64,000 bases of DNA from an uncultured Planctomycetaceae bacterium (GCA_963813715.1 CAWFAK010000005.1:96001-160000), one strand, 5' to 3'; positions 11,595 to 24,652 are shown, numbered from the stretch's first letter. Notes: generated by a model from the sequence alone, not told the origin. Program-made: numbers and translations.

Positions 11595-12341
11595 ATGGAC
11601 AAACAGCTGCGATTGGAGATCCTTCCCCAGCCGGACCACTTGACGTGCGGCCCGACCTGCTTGCAAGCCGTCTATCGCTTTTTTGGCGACTCGATTTCTC
11701 TCAACCAGGTCGTCGACGAAATCCCCCAGCTCGAGGACGGGGGCACGCTGGCCGTCGTGATGGCCTGCCACGCGCTCAAGCGGGGCTATAGCGCCACGAT
11801 TGTCACGTACAACGTGCAGGTGTTCGATCCGACCTGGTTCAAGTCGAGTGCCCCGCCGCTGGCCGAACGACTCGACGCTCAGCGCCAGGTCGCCGACTCG
11901 TCGAAGGTCCAGCTCGCGTGCCGTGAATATCTGGACTTTCTGCACCTGGGCGGTAAACTTCGCATGGAAGATCTGACCAGCGAGCTGATCCGGAGGTTTT
12001 TGAAGAATTCGACGCCGATTCTTACCGGTTTGAGCGCCACGTATCTGTATCGCGCGAAGCGCGAGCTGGGACGGGACTCGGTTCCGGACGACGTGCGCGG
12101 GTTCCCGGTCGGTCACTTTGTCGTGCTCTGCGGCTACGATCAGTCGAACCGCACGGTGCTGCTGGCTGATCCGCTTCACCCCAACCCCCTCGGCAACGAA
12201 CAAACTTACGCCCTGGGAATCGACCGCGTTAAAAACGCCATTCTGCTGGGGATCGTGACGCACGACGCGAATCTGCTAATCATCGAGCCACGGACGAATC
12301 GCAAGCGAGTACCGAGTGCGGATTCTCATCATCGCGAATAG
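11595..12341 (+). CDS. Peptidase C39-like (papain-fold) protein
   Basis: QPDHLTCGPTCL (Gln/Cys), GHFVVLCGYD (His) and LADP (Asp). Confidence 0.8.
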   Translation: MDKQLRLEILPQPDHLTCGPTCLQAVYRFFGDSISLNQVVDEIPQLEDGGTLAVVMACHALKRGYSATIVTYNVQVFDPTWFKSSAPPLAERLDAQRQVADSSKVQLACREYLDFLHLGGKLRMEDLTSELIRRFLKNSTPILTGLSATYLYRAKRELGRDSVPDDVRGFPVGHFVVLCGYDQSNRTVLLADPLHPNPLGNEQTYALGIDRVKNAILLGIVTHDANLLIIEPRTNRKRVPSADSHHRE

Positions 12342-13786
12342 CCATAAGGAATGGCCGTTTCGCATCCCCGACGTGGACGTTGTGGACGCCCGGGCTTATC
12401 TCACCCAGCCCGAGTTCAGCGAAGGCCGCAACGTCAAGGTCTTCAACCTCTGCAAGTCGTACCGCTATCAGACGGTCGGCTACTACGTCTCGCTGTTGGC
12501 CGAGGCCCGCGGCCACAAGCCGCTGCCCAGCATTACGACGCTGCAAGATCTCCGCTCGCAGGCGATGATGCGGATTGTCTCCGAAGAGCTGGAAGACCTG
12601 ATCCAGCACAGCCTCGGGCCGATTCAATCCGAGCGGTTCACACTGAGCATCTACTTCGGGCGGAACCTGGCCAAGCGCTACGAACGCCTCAGTCTGCATC
12701 TCTTCAACCTGTTTCAGTCGCCCCTGCTGCGAGTGCAGTTCAAGCGCTATAAGAAGTGGGTGATCCGCAACGTGGCCACGATCGCGGCCAGCGAAGTGCC
12801 GGAGGGGCACTGGCCGTTCGTGCTGGAGGTGGCCCGCCAGTATTTCGAGGGTCGCCGCGGCGCCCAGCGCAAGCGGGCCCGCATGCGCTACGACCTGGCC
12901 ATTTTGCACGACCCGGACGAAGCCGAGCCCCCCTCCGGGCCCGACGCGCTCAAGAAATTCATCCGCGCGGCCGAGAGCCTGGGTGTGCGAGCCGAGTTGA
13001 TCACGCGGGACGACTATGCCCGCATCGCCGAGTTCGATTCGCTCTTCATCCGCGAAACGACGGCCGTCAACCACCACACGTATCGCTTTGCCAGCCGCGC
13101 TTCGAGCGAAGGCCTGGTCGTCATCGACGACCCGGTGTCGATCGTTCGCTGCACCAACAAGGTTTATCTCGCCGAGCTGCTGAGCCGGCACGACATCCCC
13201 ACGCCCAAGACCGTGGTCATCCATCGCGACAATGCCGAACGACTGCGTGAGGGAATTGGGGTTCCCGCTGGTGCTCAAGCGGCCCGACAGCTCGTTCTCC
13301 CGCGGCGTCGTCAAGGTGGCCACGCCGGCGGAACTCCACACGCAGCTCGAGCAGCTCTTCGAGGATTCCGATCTGCTCGTCGCGCAGGAATTCCTGCCGA
13401 CCACGTTCGACTGGCGAATCGGCATTCTCAACCGCAAGCCGATCTTCGCCTGCAAATACTTTATGGCCGCCGACCACTGGCAGATCGTTCGTACGGACGT
13501 CAACGGTGACGGCCGTTATGGAAAGTCCGAGACGATTCCGGTCGAGCTGGCACCGCGGCGGGCGGTGAGCGCGGCCCTCAAGGCGGCCAACCTCATCGGT
13601 GACGGGCTGTACGGCGTCGACGTGAAGGAGTCGAACAAGAAGTTCTACGTGATCGAGGTCAACGACAATCCGAATATCGACGTCGGTGTGGAGGACGCCG
13701 TGCTGCGCGACGAAGTCTACAACCGCATCATGGAAGTCTTTCTGGACCGCATCGAACGCAGCAAAGCGGGAATTGGCGCCACATGA
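12316..13786 (+). CDS. RimK-family ATP-grasp ligase with long N-terminal (RLAN-type) extension; frameshift near 13232
   Basis: FNLCKSYRYQTVGYYVSLLAEARGH, LFIRETT, CTNKVYL; then FPLVLKRPDSSFSRGV, QEFLPT, DWRIG, YGVDVK and IEVNDNP. Confidence 0.88.
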
Positions 13787-15046
13787 GCTCGGCCGAACCG
13801 TTCCACCTGTTTCAGGCGTTCGGCGTCGAGCTGGAGTACATGATCGTCGATGCGAAATCGCTCGACGTGCGGCCGATCACCGATCGGGTGCTGCAAGCGG
13901 TGGCCGGGGAAATCACGTCCGACTTTGTTGATGGTGAGATCACCTGGTCGAACGAGCTGACCGCGCATGTCATCGAGGTCAAGACCACCGACCCGCGCCG
14001 TCTTTCGATTCTTTGCCCCAGGCTTTTCACGACAGCGTGAAGCGCATCAACGCCGTGCTGGAGCCGTTGGGGGCGCGGCTGATGCCCTCGGCCATGCACC
14101 CCTGGATGGACCCGCACCGCGAGATGGTGCTCTGGCCGCACGAAAACAGCTCGATCTACGAGGCGTTCAATCGCATCTTCGATTGCCGCGGGCATGGCTG
14201 GGCCAACCTGCAGGCCGTCCATTTGAATCTTCCCTTCAGCGGCGATGCCGAGTTCGCCCGGCTGCACGCGGCGATTCGCGTGCTGCTCCCCTTGTTGCCG
14301 GCACTCGCAGCCAGCTCTCCCTTTATGGACGGCAAGGCGGCGGGCCTGCTCGACGCGCGACTGTCAGTCTATCAACAGAATTGTCGACGTATTCCGGCGG
14401 CGACCGGCCGCGTCGTGCCGGAGCCCGTTTTCTCGTCGGCCGAATATCATCGGCTGATTCTCGAACCGCTTTACGCGGACGTCGCGCCCTTCGATGCCGA
14501 AGGCGTGCTTCAGGACGAATGGCTCAACTCCCGCGGCGCCATCGCCCGCTTCGGCCGGGGAACCATTGAAATCCGCGTGCTCGACGTGCAGGAGTGTCCC
14601 CAAGCCGACGTCGCCATCTGCGCGCTGATCACCGACGTGCTCGAAGCGCTGACGACCGGCAAATGGGGAGACCCCGCTCAACTCGAGACCTGGCAGACCG
14701 AAACGTTGTACGGTTCGCTGCAGAACACAATCCGCAATGCCGACCGGGCCATCGTCAACGACGCCGACTATCGGCGGCTGTTCGGCTTCCCAGGACATCA
14801 GGCGGTCACGGCGGGCGAGATTTGGCGACATCTGGCGAGTGCCGTTGATCGACAGGCGCGCTCGCGGCACAGCAACATTCGTCCGGCTCTGGAGACGCTG
14901 CTCGAGCAGGGCCCGCTGGCGCGGCGGATTCTGACGTCCGTGGGGCCCGATCCTTGCGCGAGCGGTTGGCGACCGTCTATCGCGAGCTGTGCGATTGCCT
15001 GGCGGCCGGCCGGATGTTCCTGGGCAAGGACGTGGCTGCGACTTGA
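13783..15046 (+). CDS. Glutamate--cysteine ligase family 2 (GCS2/YbdK-like carboxylate-amine ligase); frameshifts near 14000 and 14960
   Basis: FGVELEYMIVD, NELTAHVIEVKT, MHPWMDP, HLNLPF, ASSPF, NSRGAIARF and IEIRVLD. Stitched C-terminus RERLATVYRELCDCL ends at TGA 15044-15046. Confidence 0.85.
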
Positions 15047-15768
15047 ACGACTTCGTCATCGTGACGTGCGAACACGGCGGCAACCGCGTTCCGGCGGCCT
15101 ATGCCCGGCTGTTCCGTCCGCATCGCGAGTTGCTGCAAAGTCACCGCGGCCATGATCCGGGCGCTCTCGACCTGGCCCGCGCCTGCGCTCGCCGGCTGGG
15201 CGCGCCGCTGCACTTTGCGACGATCACGCGGCTGCTGGTCGAGCTCAATCGCTCTTCGACCCACCGGGCCCTTTTCTCGTCGATCACAAAGTCGCTCCCG
15301 CCCGACGTCCGCGCCTCGCTGGTTGAGAAGTACTACCTCCCTTATCGCCGTGAGGTCACGGCCGACATGGCGCGAGCGATTGCGGCCGGCCACCGCGCGG
15401 TTCACTTCTCGATGCACACCTTCACTCCCGTGCTCGACGGCACCGAGCGCCGTGCCGATGTCGGGTTGCTCTACGATCCGCGGCGTCCGGGCGAAGCGGC
15501 CCTCTGTGCGGCACTGCGTCGTGTTCTGCTATCGCGGCGTCCCGATCTGATCGTTCGCATGAACTACCCCTACCAGGGGAAAGCGGACGGCTTCACCACG
15601 GCTCTGCGGAAGAGCTGGCAGGCGATGGCCTACGTCGGCATCGAAATCGAAATCAACCAGAAGTGGCCGCTAGGTAAGCGAGGCGCGTGGCGACGGCTCG
15701 TGCGCGACGTGTCGCAGGCGATCGAAACGGTCGTGCGGCCGTCCGCACATCCGGGCCCGAGCCGTTAA
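15043..15768 (+). CDS. N-formylglutamate amidohydrolase family protein
   Basis: IVTCEHGGNRVP, SHRGHDPGA, TRLLVELNRS, SMHTFTP, NYPY and IEIEINQ. TTG start overlaps the upstream stop. Confidence 0.85.
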   Translation: MNDFVIVTCEHGGNRVPAAYARLFRPHRELLQSHRGHDPGALDLARACARRLGAPLHFATITRLLVELNRSSTHRALFSSITKSLPPDVRASLVEKYYLPYRREVTADMARAIAAGHRAVHFSMHTFTPVLDGTERRADVGLLYDPRRPGEAALCAALRRVLLSRRPDLIVRMNYPYQGKADGFTTALRKSWQAMAYVGIEIEINQKWPLGKRGAWRRLVRDVSQAIETVVRPSAHPGPSR

Positions 15769-15777
15769 ACTCGTGCC

Positions 15778-16951
15778 ATGAAGGTGAAGTCCCGGCCCGA
15801 GGATTTTCGCGTCGAAGAATTGGCCGAGCCGCGCTTGGACGGCGGCCCCTTCGCGCTTTATCGCCTGGAAAAACAGTCGATCGGCACACCCGAGGCGATC
15901 GACGCGATCTGTCACGCCTGGCGGCTGCGGCGGGAAGCGGTTGGCATCGGCGGCCTCAAAGATCGTCACGCCGTCACGACACAGTTCGTCTCGATCGAGG
16001 CGGGCCCGCGGCGGCCGCTGGCCCAAAAGAGTTTTTCACTTGCCTACCTCGGTCAGACGTCGCGCGAGTTCACCTCCAAGGACATTCTGGCGAACCGATT
16101 CGAGATCGTGCTGCGTGATCTCGCGCCGAGCGCGGCGGAGGCCATCGTTCGCGAACTCCCGAGCGTGATCGCCGACGGCGTGCCGAACTATTTCGACGAT
16201 CAACGGTTCGGCTCGGTTGGCGAATCGGGCGATTTCATCGCCCGCCCCTGGTGCCTGGGAGATTACGAACGCACGCTCTGGCTGGCCATCGCCGAAGCCA
16301 ACGAGCACGACCGGGGCGACGTCCGCGACGAAAAGCGCTTCTTCCGCGAGCGTTGGGGTGACTGGCCCGCTTGTCGTCACGCGGCCGTCCGACCCGTCAG
16401 TCGCGCAGTCTTCGAGCGATTATGCCGTCAGCCGACCGATTTTCGCGGAGCGTTTGTCCGCATTCCCCAGCCCGATCGACGGATGTACCTCGGCGCGTTT
16501 CAAAGCGCGATTTGGAACCGCATCCTGGCCGAAACGATCCGCCTGGCAGTCGATGAGGCTGAACTGTTCGAGGTCGAAATCGCCCGCCAGCGTTTGCCAT
16601 TTTATCGGGCCCTGACTCCGTCGACCGCCGCGGAGACTCTTGCCCAGCCACTCCCGTTGCCATCGGCCCGTGAGCGCCAGGAATTGGGTCCGCGTGCCGA
16701 ATTCTACGATCGCGTGGCGGCCGAGTTCGGCCTGGAGTGCCGCACGCTCCGCGTCAAATACCCCCGCGACAGCTTCTTTTCGCGAGGCAGCCGTGCGGCC
16801 GTGTTTCAGCCACAGTCTCTCTCGCCGACGGTCGGCGAGGACGAGTTGGCCGAACGGACGGGGCCAGAACGCCGCAAAATCACCCTGCGCTTCGACTTGC
16901 CCCCCGGATGTTATGCGACCGTTCTTGATTAAGCGGGTGACCGCTTCCTAG
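15778..16951 (+). CDS. truD: tRNA pseudouridine(13) synthase TruD; probable frameshift in the last codons
   Basis: PEDFRVEE, GLKDRHAVTTQ (catalytic Asp), NRFEIVLR, PNYFDDQRFG, AFQSAIWN and FDLPPGCYAT. Confidence 0.92.
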
Positions 16952-17076
16952 GAGATAACTGGGGCTTCGACTTCCGCCCTCGGCCGCCAGTGAGTACCAT
17001 AACTCCCCCGCCGAAGGTGATTTCGGCCCGGCAATCGACTGCCGCTCACTCAATTGTTGACGTAGAAGCTCGCGCC

Positions 17077-17163
17077 ATGAAACTCACGAAGAAGCAAAAA
17101 CGAAAGTTCCGCCGGCGCGCCAAGCTCCGTCAAACCTTGCGAGCACTCCGCAAGAGGAGCTGA
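17077..17163 (+). CDS. Putative 28-aa highly basic small protein MKLTKKQKRKFRRRAKLRQTLRALRKRS
   Basis: Read directly from the sequence, ATG 17077 to TGA 17163. It has 15 K/R of 28 residues, no acidic residue, and occupies its own intergenic gap. Below the ORF-track length cut-off. Confidence 0.55.
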   Translation: MKLTKKQKRKFRRRAKLRQTLRALRKRS

Positions 17164-17243
17164 AGCAACTCGCTTCAGACGCCTGCAAAGCACGCTGTCA
17201 CAGAAGCCCACGGTCCGTGTGCGTCGCGAGCAGGCGCGTGCTG

Positions 17244-17885
17244 TCACCGACCGTCCGCCACCTTGGCGGTCAGGTAGCGTCTCGACACAAAGTCCGTGGC
17301 GCGTAGCGGGGCGTGGCAGTGGATGCACGACTGGGTATGGTCGGTCGTGACAATGGTCGCGTCGCTGTTCAAAACGAAGAACTGCCAGTCCCCAGCCTTC
17401 GTGTTATAGCCCTTCCCGCGTTTCAGCATTCCCGTAAACAACAGCGGTTTCGTGCCGGCGGCGTCCGCGAACTTTTCCTTGAGAATCACGGTGCCCAGGG
17501 GATAAAGGCCTTTGCCGGTCTTCATCGCGTCGGAACCGCGTGACGTGACAAACACGTGAATCCATTTCCCCTCGTGCGGATCCTGCGGATCTTTTTGCGG
17601 ATCAAATTGAGTGGCGGGCCGACACCCCCACGCGGCTATACTCGTGATCGGAAATGGTTCACGCGTGACGCGCACGAACTTATCCTCCCGGGCTGACTCC
17701 CCAGCGCCGATTTCGCGGAGCCGATACTTGATCGAGGCCAAAACCGCTTGGGGCAATTCCGTCTCCTCGGCGGACCGCTTCAGCGATTCCCCTGCAGCCG
17801 CACCTCGCGAAAGGGCAAGGACGAGCGAGAACACGGTGCCCGCAACTACGAGAGCAATCGCGCACAAGCCAACTTGGGTTCGCAT
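17244..17885 (-). CDS. Cytochrome P460-family periplasmic c-type cytochrome
   Basis: N-terminal signal/TM segment, YPLGTVILKEK, GMLKRGKGY, GDWQFF and C-terminal CIHCH heme motif followed by DFV. Confidence 0.8.
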   Translation of the reverse strand: MRTQVGLCAIALVVAGTVFSLVLALSRGAAAGESLKRSAEETELPQAVLASIKYRLREIGAGESAREDKFVRVTREPFPITSIAAWGCRPATQFDPQKDPQDPHEGKWIHVFVTSRGSDAMKTGKGLYPLGTVILKEKFADAAGTKPLLFTGMLKRGKGYNTKAGDWQFFVLNSDATIVTTDHTQSCIHCHAPLRATDFVSRRYLTAKVADGR

Positions 17886-18566
17886 AGGTTCAACCTTCGG
17901 GACTGGTCTGTCCCACCGAAAGAGGCGCTGCGACACTAGTCGCATATTCGACGCTCGGAGTTTGGATTTGGTTTCATGCGGATTGGGCATCCCCCAATTG
18001 CCGCAACAGCTCCAGCGAAAATATCCCCGAGCTGTGCCGAGCCCCCGGACCGTTTCTGAACGCGGTGGACCGAGCGGCCCGCAAAATTGGTACAAGAAAA
18101 TTGGTACGCCTATCTATCAGTTTTCAGTGTACCGACCCAATTTTGGTCCTGAACGACGGTTTTGTCATCCCGTCCCGGCTCTGCGACGACTCACCATTGC
18201 TCGGCATGGACCGACGGCGCATCGCTCCCGTCGCGAACGACGAAGATCGCCCTAGTTCGATTGAACCATGGTTTGCCGAATGGCCCAAGATCAGTTTTTT
18301 CGGCTTGTGGGAGCACCGGCTTCCGAAGAAGCAGCCGCTCGAGAATCCGTGAGGCTGTCCGGGAATTCTGAGGAAGCTTCGCGCCCGGCTCCGCCAAGCA
18401 TAGCGTGCGGCCCGCAAGAGGGGCCGACATCGGACCGCCCGATAATCGGCCGTAAAAACCGCTGGGCACCAGAGGGGTCGCACGTTCACCAAATGGCGTA
18501 TGCTTAATTCCCAACGGGCCGCTTCGACCATGCCGTTGTGCAGTCGCTCGGCGCTGCCGGCGAGTT

Positions 18567-20234
18567 TCACGGTTTGGCCCCAGTGCGGCGGCCGATGGAC
18601 GCGGTCGATCCGCTGGGCGTCGAGATCCCGTAGCGATAGTGGATGTAATCGATCAGGAATTTCTGGTACATCGGTGCGCCGGGTTGCGCTCCCCACGAGC
18701 GGCCCGACGTCGTGCTCCAGCAGTGCATGCCGAACTCCCCGATCTCGTAGCCCAGGTCTTTTTTCGTGTCGTAGATCTCGGAGAGAAACCACGGATCGGC
18801 CGATGTTGCGCGAAAGCCGAGCCGCACGTGCGAGGCGTCAATGCACTGGATCAACAGGCCCAGCGGCTTGTGCGCCAGAATCGATTCGGGGACCTCGCTG
18901 GGAAAACGGAGCCGGAACGTCGCGCCGGAAACGGTCGGTGCCGCTTCGCCTTGGGATCGTTTTCAACTCCCGGCGTCCACATGCCCCGCGACTTTCCCTG
19001 TTTGTCGATCACGATGAAATTCATCCAGTAGTTCCACGGCCCTGAATCGTCGGGCGGGATGAAGCTGGTCTCGATCTCCCAGGGGGGCGGATAGACGGAC
19101 AGATTGAGCGACGAACCGCCGGCCACGGCAAAGCCGGTGCCGATGTCGGGGCCCAAGAGTTTCAGCATCAAGTAGCCCGGATACGAGTGCGTGTCCATGA
19201 TCGTGCACTGCTCCTGGACCTGCCACTTGCCGAGATAGCCGACGATGTTGAAATCATCGGAGAGTTCCTCGAAGGGTCGCGGCGTCGAGCCCAAGAAAAC
19301 GCAATAGTCGACGTAATACTCGTACGCCGGGTTGGGCGGCTCCGGCTTGGGTGCATGGACCGTCGTCATTTGCGAGGCGCCGTTCCCCAAAAAGAGCGGA
19401 TGCGGGCCTTTCACCTGCGGCAGGTTGCGGCACAGGACGTCGGGGATCCACCGGTCCGCGGAGATGATCGGTCCGATCTCCCAGATTCCGGTAATCTTCC
19501 CGTATTCCGAGCAGTCGATCGTTCGCATGTTCCAGCCGTGCGACGCGTCGAACTTGATCCCGACTGCCAGCGACGTCGGGCTGCTCACCACGCAGCGAAA
19601 AAAGACCTGTGGGCTGGCGGGGCCCGCGTATCGGGCGCCGTCGCCGATCCATACGTAGGGAATCCGCCAATCGCCCATCACCGTGCGGCCCAAGTCGCCG
19701 CGGCCCCACACCAAATACGTTTCGGGATGCGGTTCGGTCGAGAACTGAGGCAAGCCGACCCCCGCCTCGCCCGTCGAGCCGAGGTGCACGTCGAGCAATT
19801 GAAACTCGTGCGTGTTGGGCGGCCGCTTGGTGCGGTCGCGGGGCCACGTCGACGGATCGGAAAACGTGACCGCCACGTTGAGCCCGATCGCCGCGTTGAC
19901 TTGCGTCTTGACGCCGACGCCGGCCGTCAGGTTGAAGCTTTGCACGAACGCAGTCTGAAATTCCCACGGCAGGCGGTACTCGCCGATGCCAATCGGCTTC
20001 TCAAGGATGCCTTTGACGTCGTGTCCGTGGCCGGCCTCGCGAATCATCGCCAGGCCGGGATGCTCTTCGGTCGAGAAGTCCTTGATGTTCTCTTTGGGCA
20101 CGAACATCCAGGGTGAGATCGACTTGCCCGGCTCGTCGAAGTGCTGGTTGAGGGCGGAAATCTCGCCCGCCGAGGCAGCGTGCGCCGACCAGTGCCGTCG
20201 CCATGATTCCGAACGCGAAGGTCCTGAAAGCCAT
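18567..20234 (-). CDS. Secreted hypothetical protein (~550 aa, aromatic/beta-rich); frameshifts near 20180 and 18880
   Basis: Signal peptide MAFRTFAFGIMATALVG. Coding-like frames 20001..20237, 18851..20107 and 18567..18854 join end to end. Confidence 0.65.
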
Positions 20235-20236
20235 CA

Positions 20237-20545
20237 CTAGTCACCCAGTTGCCGCAACAGCTCGAGCGAATAGATTCCGGAGCTGTGGCCGTCGCTGAAG
20301 GAAATGGCGTAGGCGTAGTTCCCCACCGGCCGCATCGAGGCGGGTGCCAGGGGTCGCGCTTCGGCCGGCGAGAGCACGGCCAGCAGGGGTTGCGGCTTTG
20401 CCGGCTTGGAGCGCTCCATCCGGCAGGTCGCGCAGGGGCAGGCATCTCGCAGTTTTCGCCAGGAAATTCGCTGCGTCAGCCCATCGCTCCAGGTGATTTC
20501 CAGTGCGTCGCCGACGTTCTTTAAGTTCTGCGGTGCCAGGGTCAT
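20237..20545 (-). CDS. DUF971 / GBBH-like N-terminal domain protein
   Basis: LEITWSDG, LRDACPCATC and PVGNYAYAISFSDGHSSGIYS. Confidence 0.9.
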   Translation of the reverse strand: MTLAPQNLKNVGDALEITWSDGLTQRISWRKLRDACPCATCRMERSKPAKPQPLLAVLSPAEARPLAPASMRPVGNYAYAISFSDGHSSGIYSLELLRQLGD

Positions 20546-20635
20546 CGCGGGTCCGTTGTGGTGCCGTTCTCATTTAAGAACGAGAATCGCCTATCATTAT
20601 GTGCGACAATGCTTTGGAGCGGAACTGACCCTGCG

Positions 20636-20677
20636 AAAATTCCCGATGTCGGGAATTTTGACACATTTGATTGTCAA
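20636..20677. promoter_or_regulatory. Overlapping palindromes in the divergent DUF971/sufR promoter; candidate operator
   Basis: AAAATTCCCGA-TG-TCGGGAATTTT (20636-20659) and TTGACA-N8-TGTCAA (20658-20677). The latter contains a consensus -35 hexamer on each strand. Confidence 0.6.
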
Positions 20678-20739
20678 TTAGAGGGTGGGTCCCTAAGATT
20701 GAGTGTCAACAGGGAGTTCCGGCTTCGCGGACAAGATTT

Positions 20740-21399
20740 ATGCGGCTCTCCATTCAACCCGGCGATCGACAATTCCTGGAACGCCTCCACGAAATGGGTG
20801 GCGGCACCGTTCAGGACATCTGCCACGCCCAGGGCGTGACTGCCACGGCCGTTCGCCATCGGCTGGTGCGGTTGCAGGAGGCCGGATTCGTCACCCGCGA
20901 GCTTGCGCCGTCCAAGCGCGGCCGCCCCCACCACGTTTATCGCGTGACGCGCAACGCGCTCCGCGAAATGGGCGACAACTACGCCGAGTTGGCTCAGATC
21001 CTCTGGCGTGAAATACGAAACATCGAAGAGCCGGCGATTCGCGAACGTCTGGCCAGCCGCGTGCAGAACGCGCTGGTCGACCAAATCCGCAAAGTTTCCC
21101 CGACCGCTCCGCTGAGCGTTCGGCTCGCGGAGCTGGCGGCCGCCCTGCGGGAGCGCGGCTTTCAAGTCGACACGGACAATAGCGGACTCTTGCCGGTCCT
21201 CCGCGAGAACAACTGCCCGTATTACGAACTGGCGTCCGAGGATCCGGGCATCTGCGAGCTGGAGCAGGCGGTGTTCCGCAAGGTGCTCAATGCCGACGTG
21301 CGGCTCACGCAGTGTTGCCTCAATGGACATTCGTGCTGCGAGTTCCAGGCGGGTGAGTTGCGACAGGTGAATTGCCGACGGGCGAGTTTAGACAGGTGA
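20740..21399 (+). CDS. sufR: SufR-like Fe-S cluster-sensing transcriptional regulator
   Basis: N-terminal wHTH ([18 protein letters not shown]), C-terminal NCPY-x-C with CX12C spacing plus further Cys, and location upstream of sufCBD. Confidence 0.75.
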   Translation: MRLSIQPGDRQFLERLHEMGGGTVQDICHAQGVTATAVRHRLVRLQEAGFVTRELAPSKRGRPHHVYRVTRNALREMGDNYAELAQILWREIRNIEEPAIRERLASRVQNALVDQIRKVSPTAPLSVRLAELAAALRERGFQVDTDNSGLLPVLRENNCPYYELASEDPGICELEQAVFRKVLNADVRLTQCCLNGHSCCEFQAGELRQVNCRRASLDR

Positions 21400-21539
21400 G
21401 CTTCAAGCGGGCGAGCCGGCCCTCGTGGGGAGCGGCTCGTCGGGCGGCGGAATTGATTGAATTGTGAATCGACCTTGCTACAGTTGATGGACTTTTTCGC
21501 GGCCAAAACAGCTGAGAATTCGGGACATAGGACACGATC

Positions 21540-22091
21540 ATGACGTGGATCGACGGGCGGTTTGAAGAGAACGTCATCACGACCACGCTCGAACAGGCCA
21601 TGAACTGGGCCAAGCAATCGAGCGTGTGGCCGATGACCTTCGGACTGGCGTGCTGCGCCATCGAAATGATGGCGACCGGTGCGAGTCGGTTCGACCTCGA
21701 TCGCTTCGGCGCTGGCGCCTTTCGCGCCACGCCGCGACAAGCCGACCTGATGATCGTCGCCGGCACAGTGACCTACAAGATGGCCAGCCGAGTGCGTCGC
21801 CTGTACGAGCAAATGCCCGATCCGAAGTACGTGATCGCGATGGGCGCCTGCACGGTCGGTGGCGGACCGTACTTCAAGTACGGCTATCACGTCGTGAAGG
21901 GCGTCGACCTGGTCGTGCCGGTGGATGTGTACGTTCCCGGTTGCCCGCCGCGGCCCGAAGCGCTGCTCGAGGGCGTGATGCGAATCCAGGATAAGATCAA
22001 GGCCCAGAGGATCACCAAGGGCACGCCGACCGTGCTGCCAGTGCCGCACCACAGCGGTTATGCGGCAGTCTCGGACCTGGTTGAAGTCTAA
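21540..22091 (+). CDS. nuoB: NADH-quinone oxidoreductase subunit B
   Basis: [35 protein letters not shown] and [12 protein letters not shown]. Confidence 0.93.
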   Translation: MTWIDGRFEENVITTTLEQAMNWAKQSSVWPMTFGLACCAIEMMATGASRFDLDRFGAGAFRATPRQADLMIVAGTVTYKMASRVRRLYEQMPDPKYVIAMGACTVGGGPYFKYGYHVVKGVDLVVPVDVYVPGCPPRPEALLEGVMRIQDKIKAQRITKGTPTVLPVPHHSGYAAVSDLVEV

Positions 22092-22292
22092 GCGAAGTTT
22101 GCGAAGCCCGGCTTCGGCGCTTTGAAGCCGGGCATAAAAATAAGGCGGGGGCGGAAACCACGGCCGCCAGTCCGCGAGTTACATGACAGCAAAGTGAGAG
22201 GCGCCGTCTCGATACGGCCAACAGGCACGATCGGGCGGGGCAAGAGCCGACCGGTCGCGAGCGAAAAACAGTCGGGGGACGAGTCGAGCATC

Positions 22293-23159
<867 letters not shown>

Positions 23160-23163
23160 ACAC

Positions 23164-23195
23164 GAAACGAAACAGGCAAGAAACGAAACAGACAA
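23164..23195. repeat. 16-bp tandem duplication GAAACGAAACAG(G/A)CAA in the sufC-sufB spacer
   Basis: Two adjacent copies, 23164-23179 and 23180-23195, with one mismatch. Confidence 0.7.
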
Positions 23196-23241
23196 AACAC
23201 GAAAGAGTACCAAGAGGGCAAACCTGCCCCTGGAGACAGTT

Positions 23242-24652
<1,411 letters not shown>

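Noticed and set aside
16960..17000. tRNA-like fragment (ggggcttcgacttccgccctcggccgcca)
   Set aside because: No cloverleaf can be built and the T-arm does not pair properly. More likely promoter sequence for the small basic ORF.
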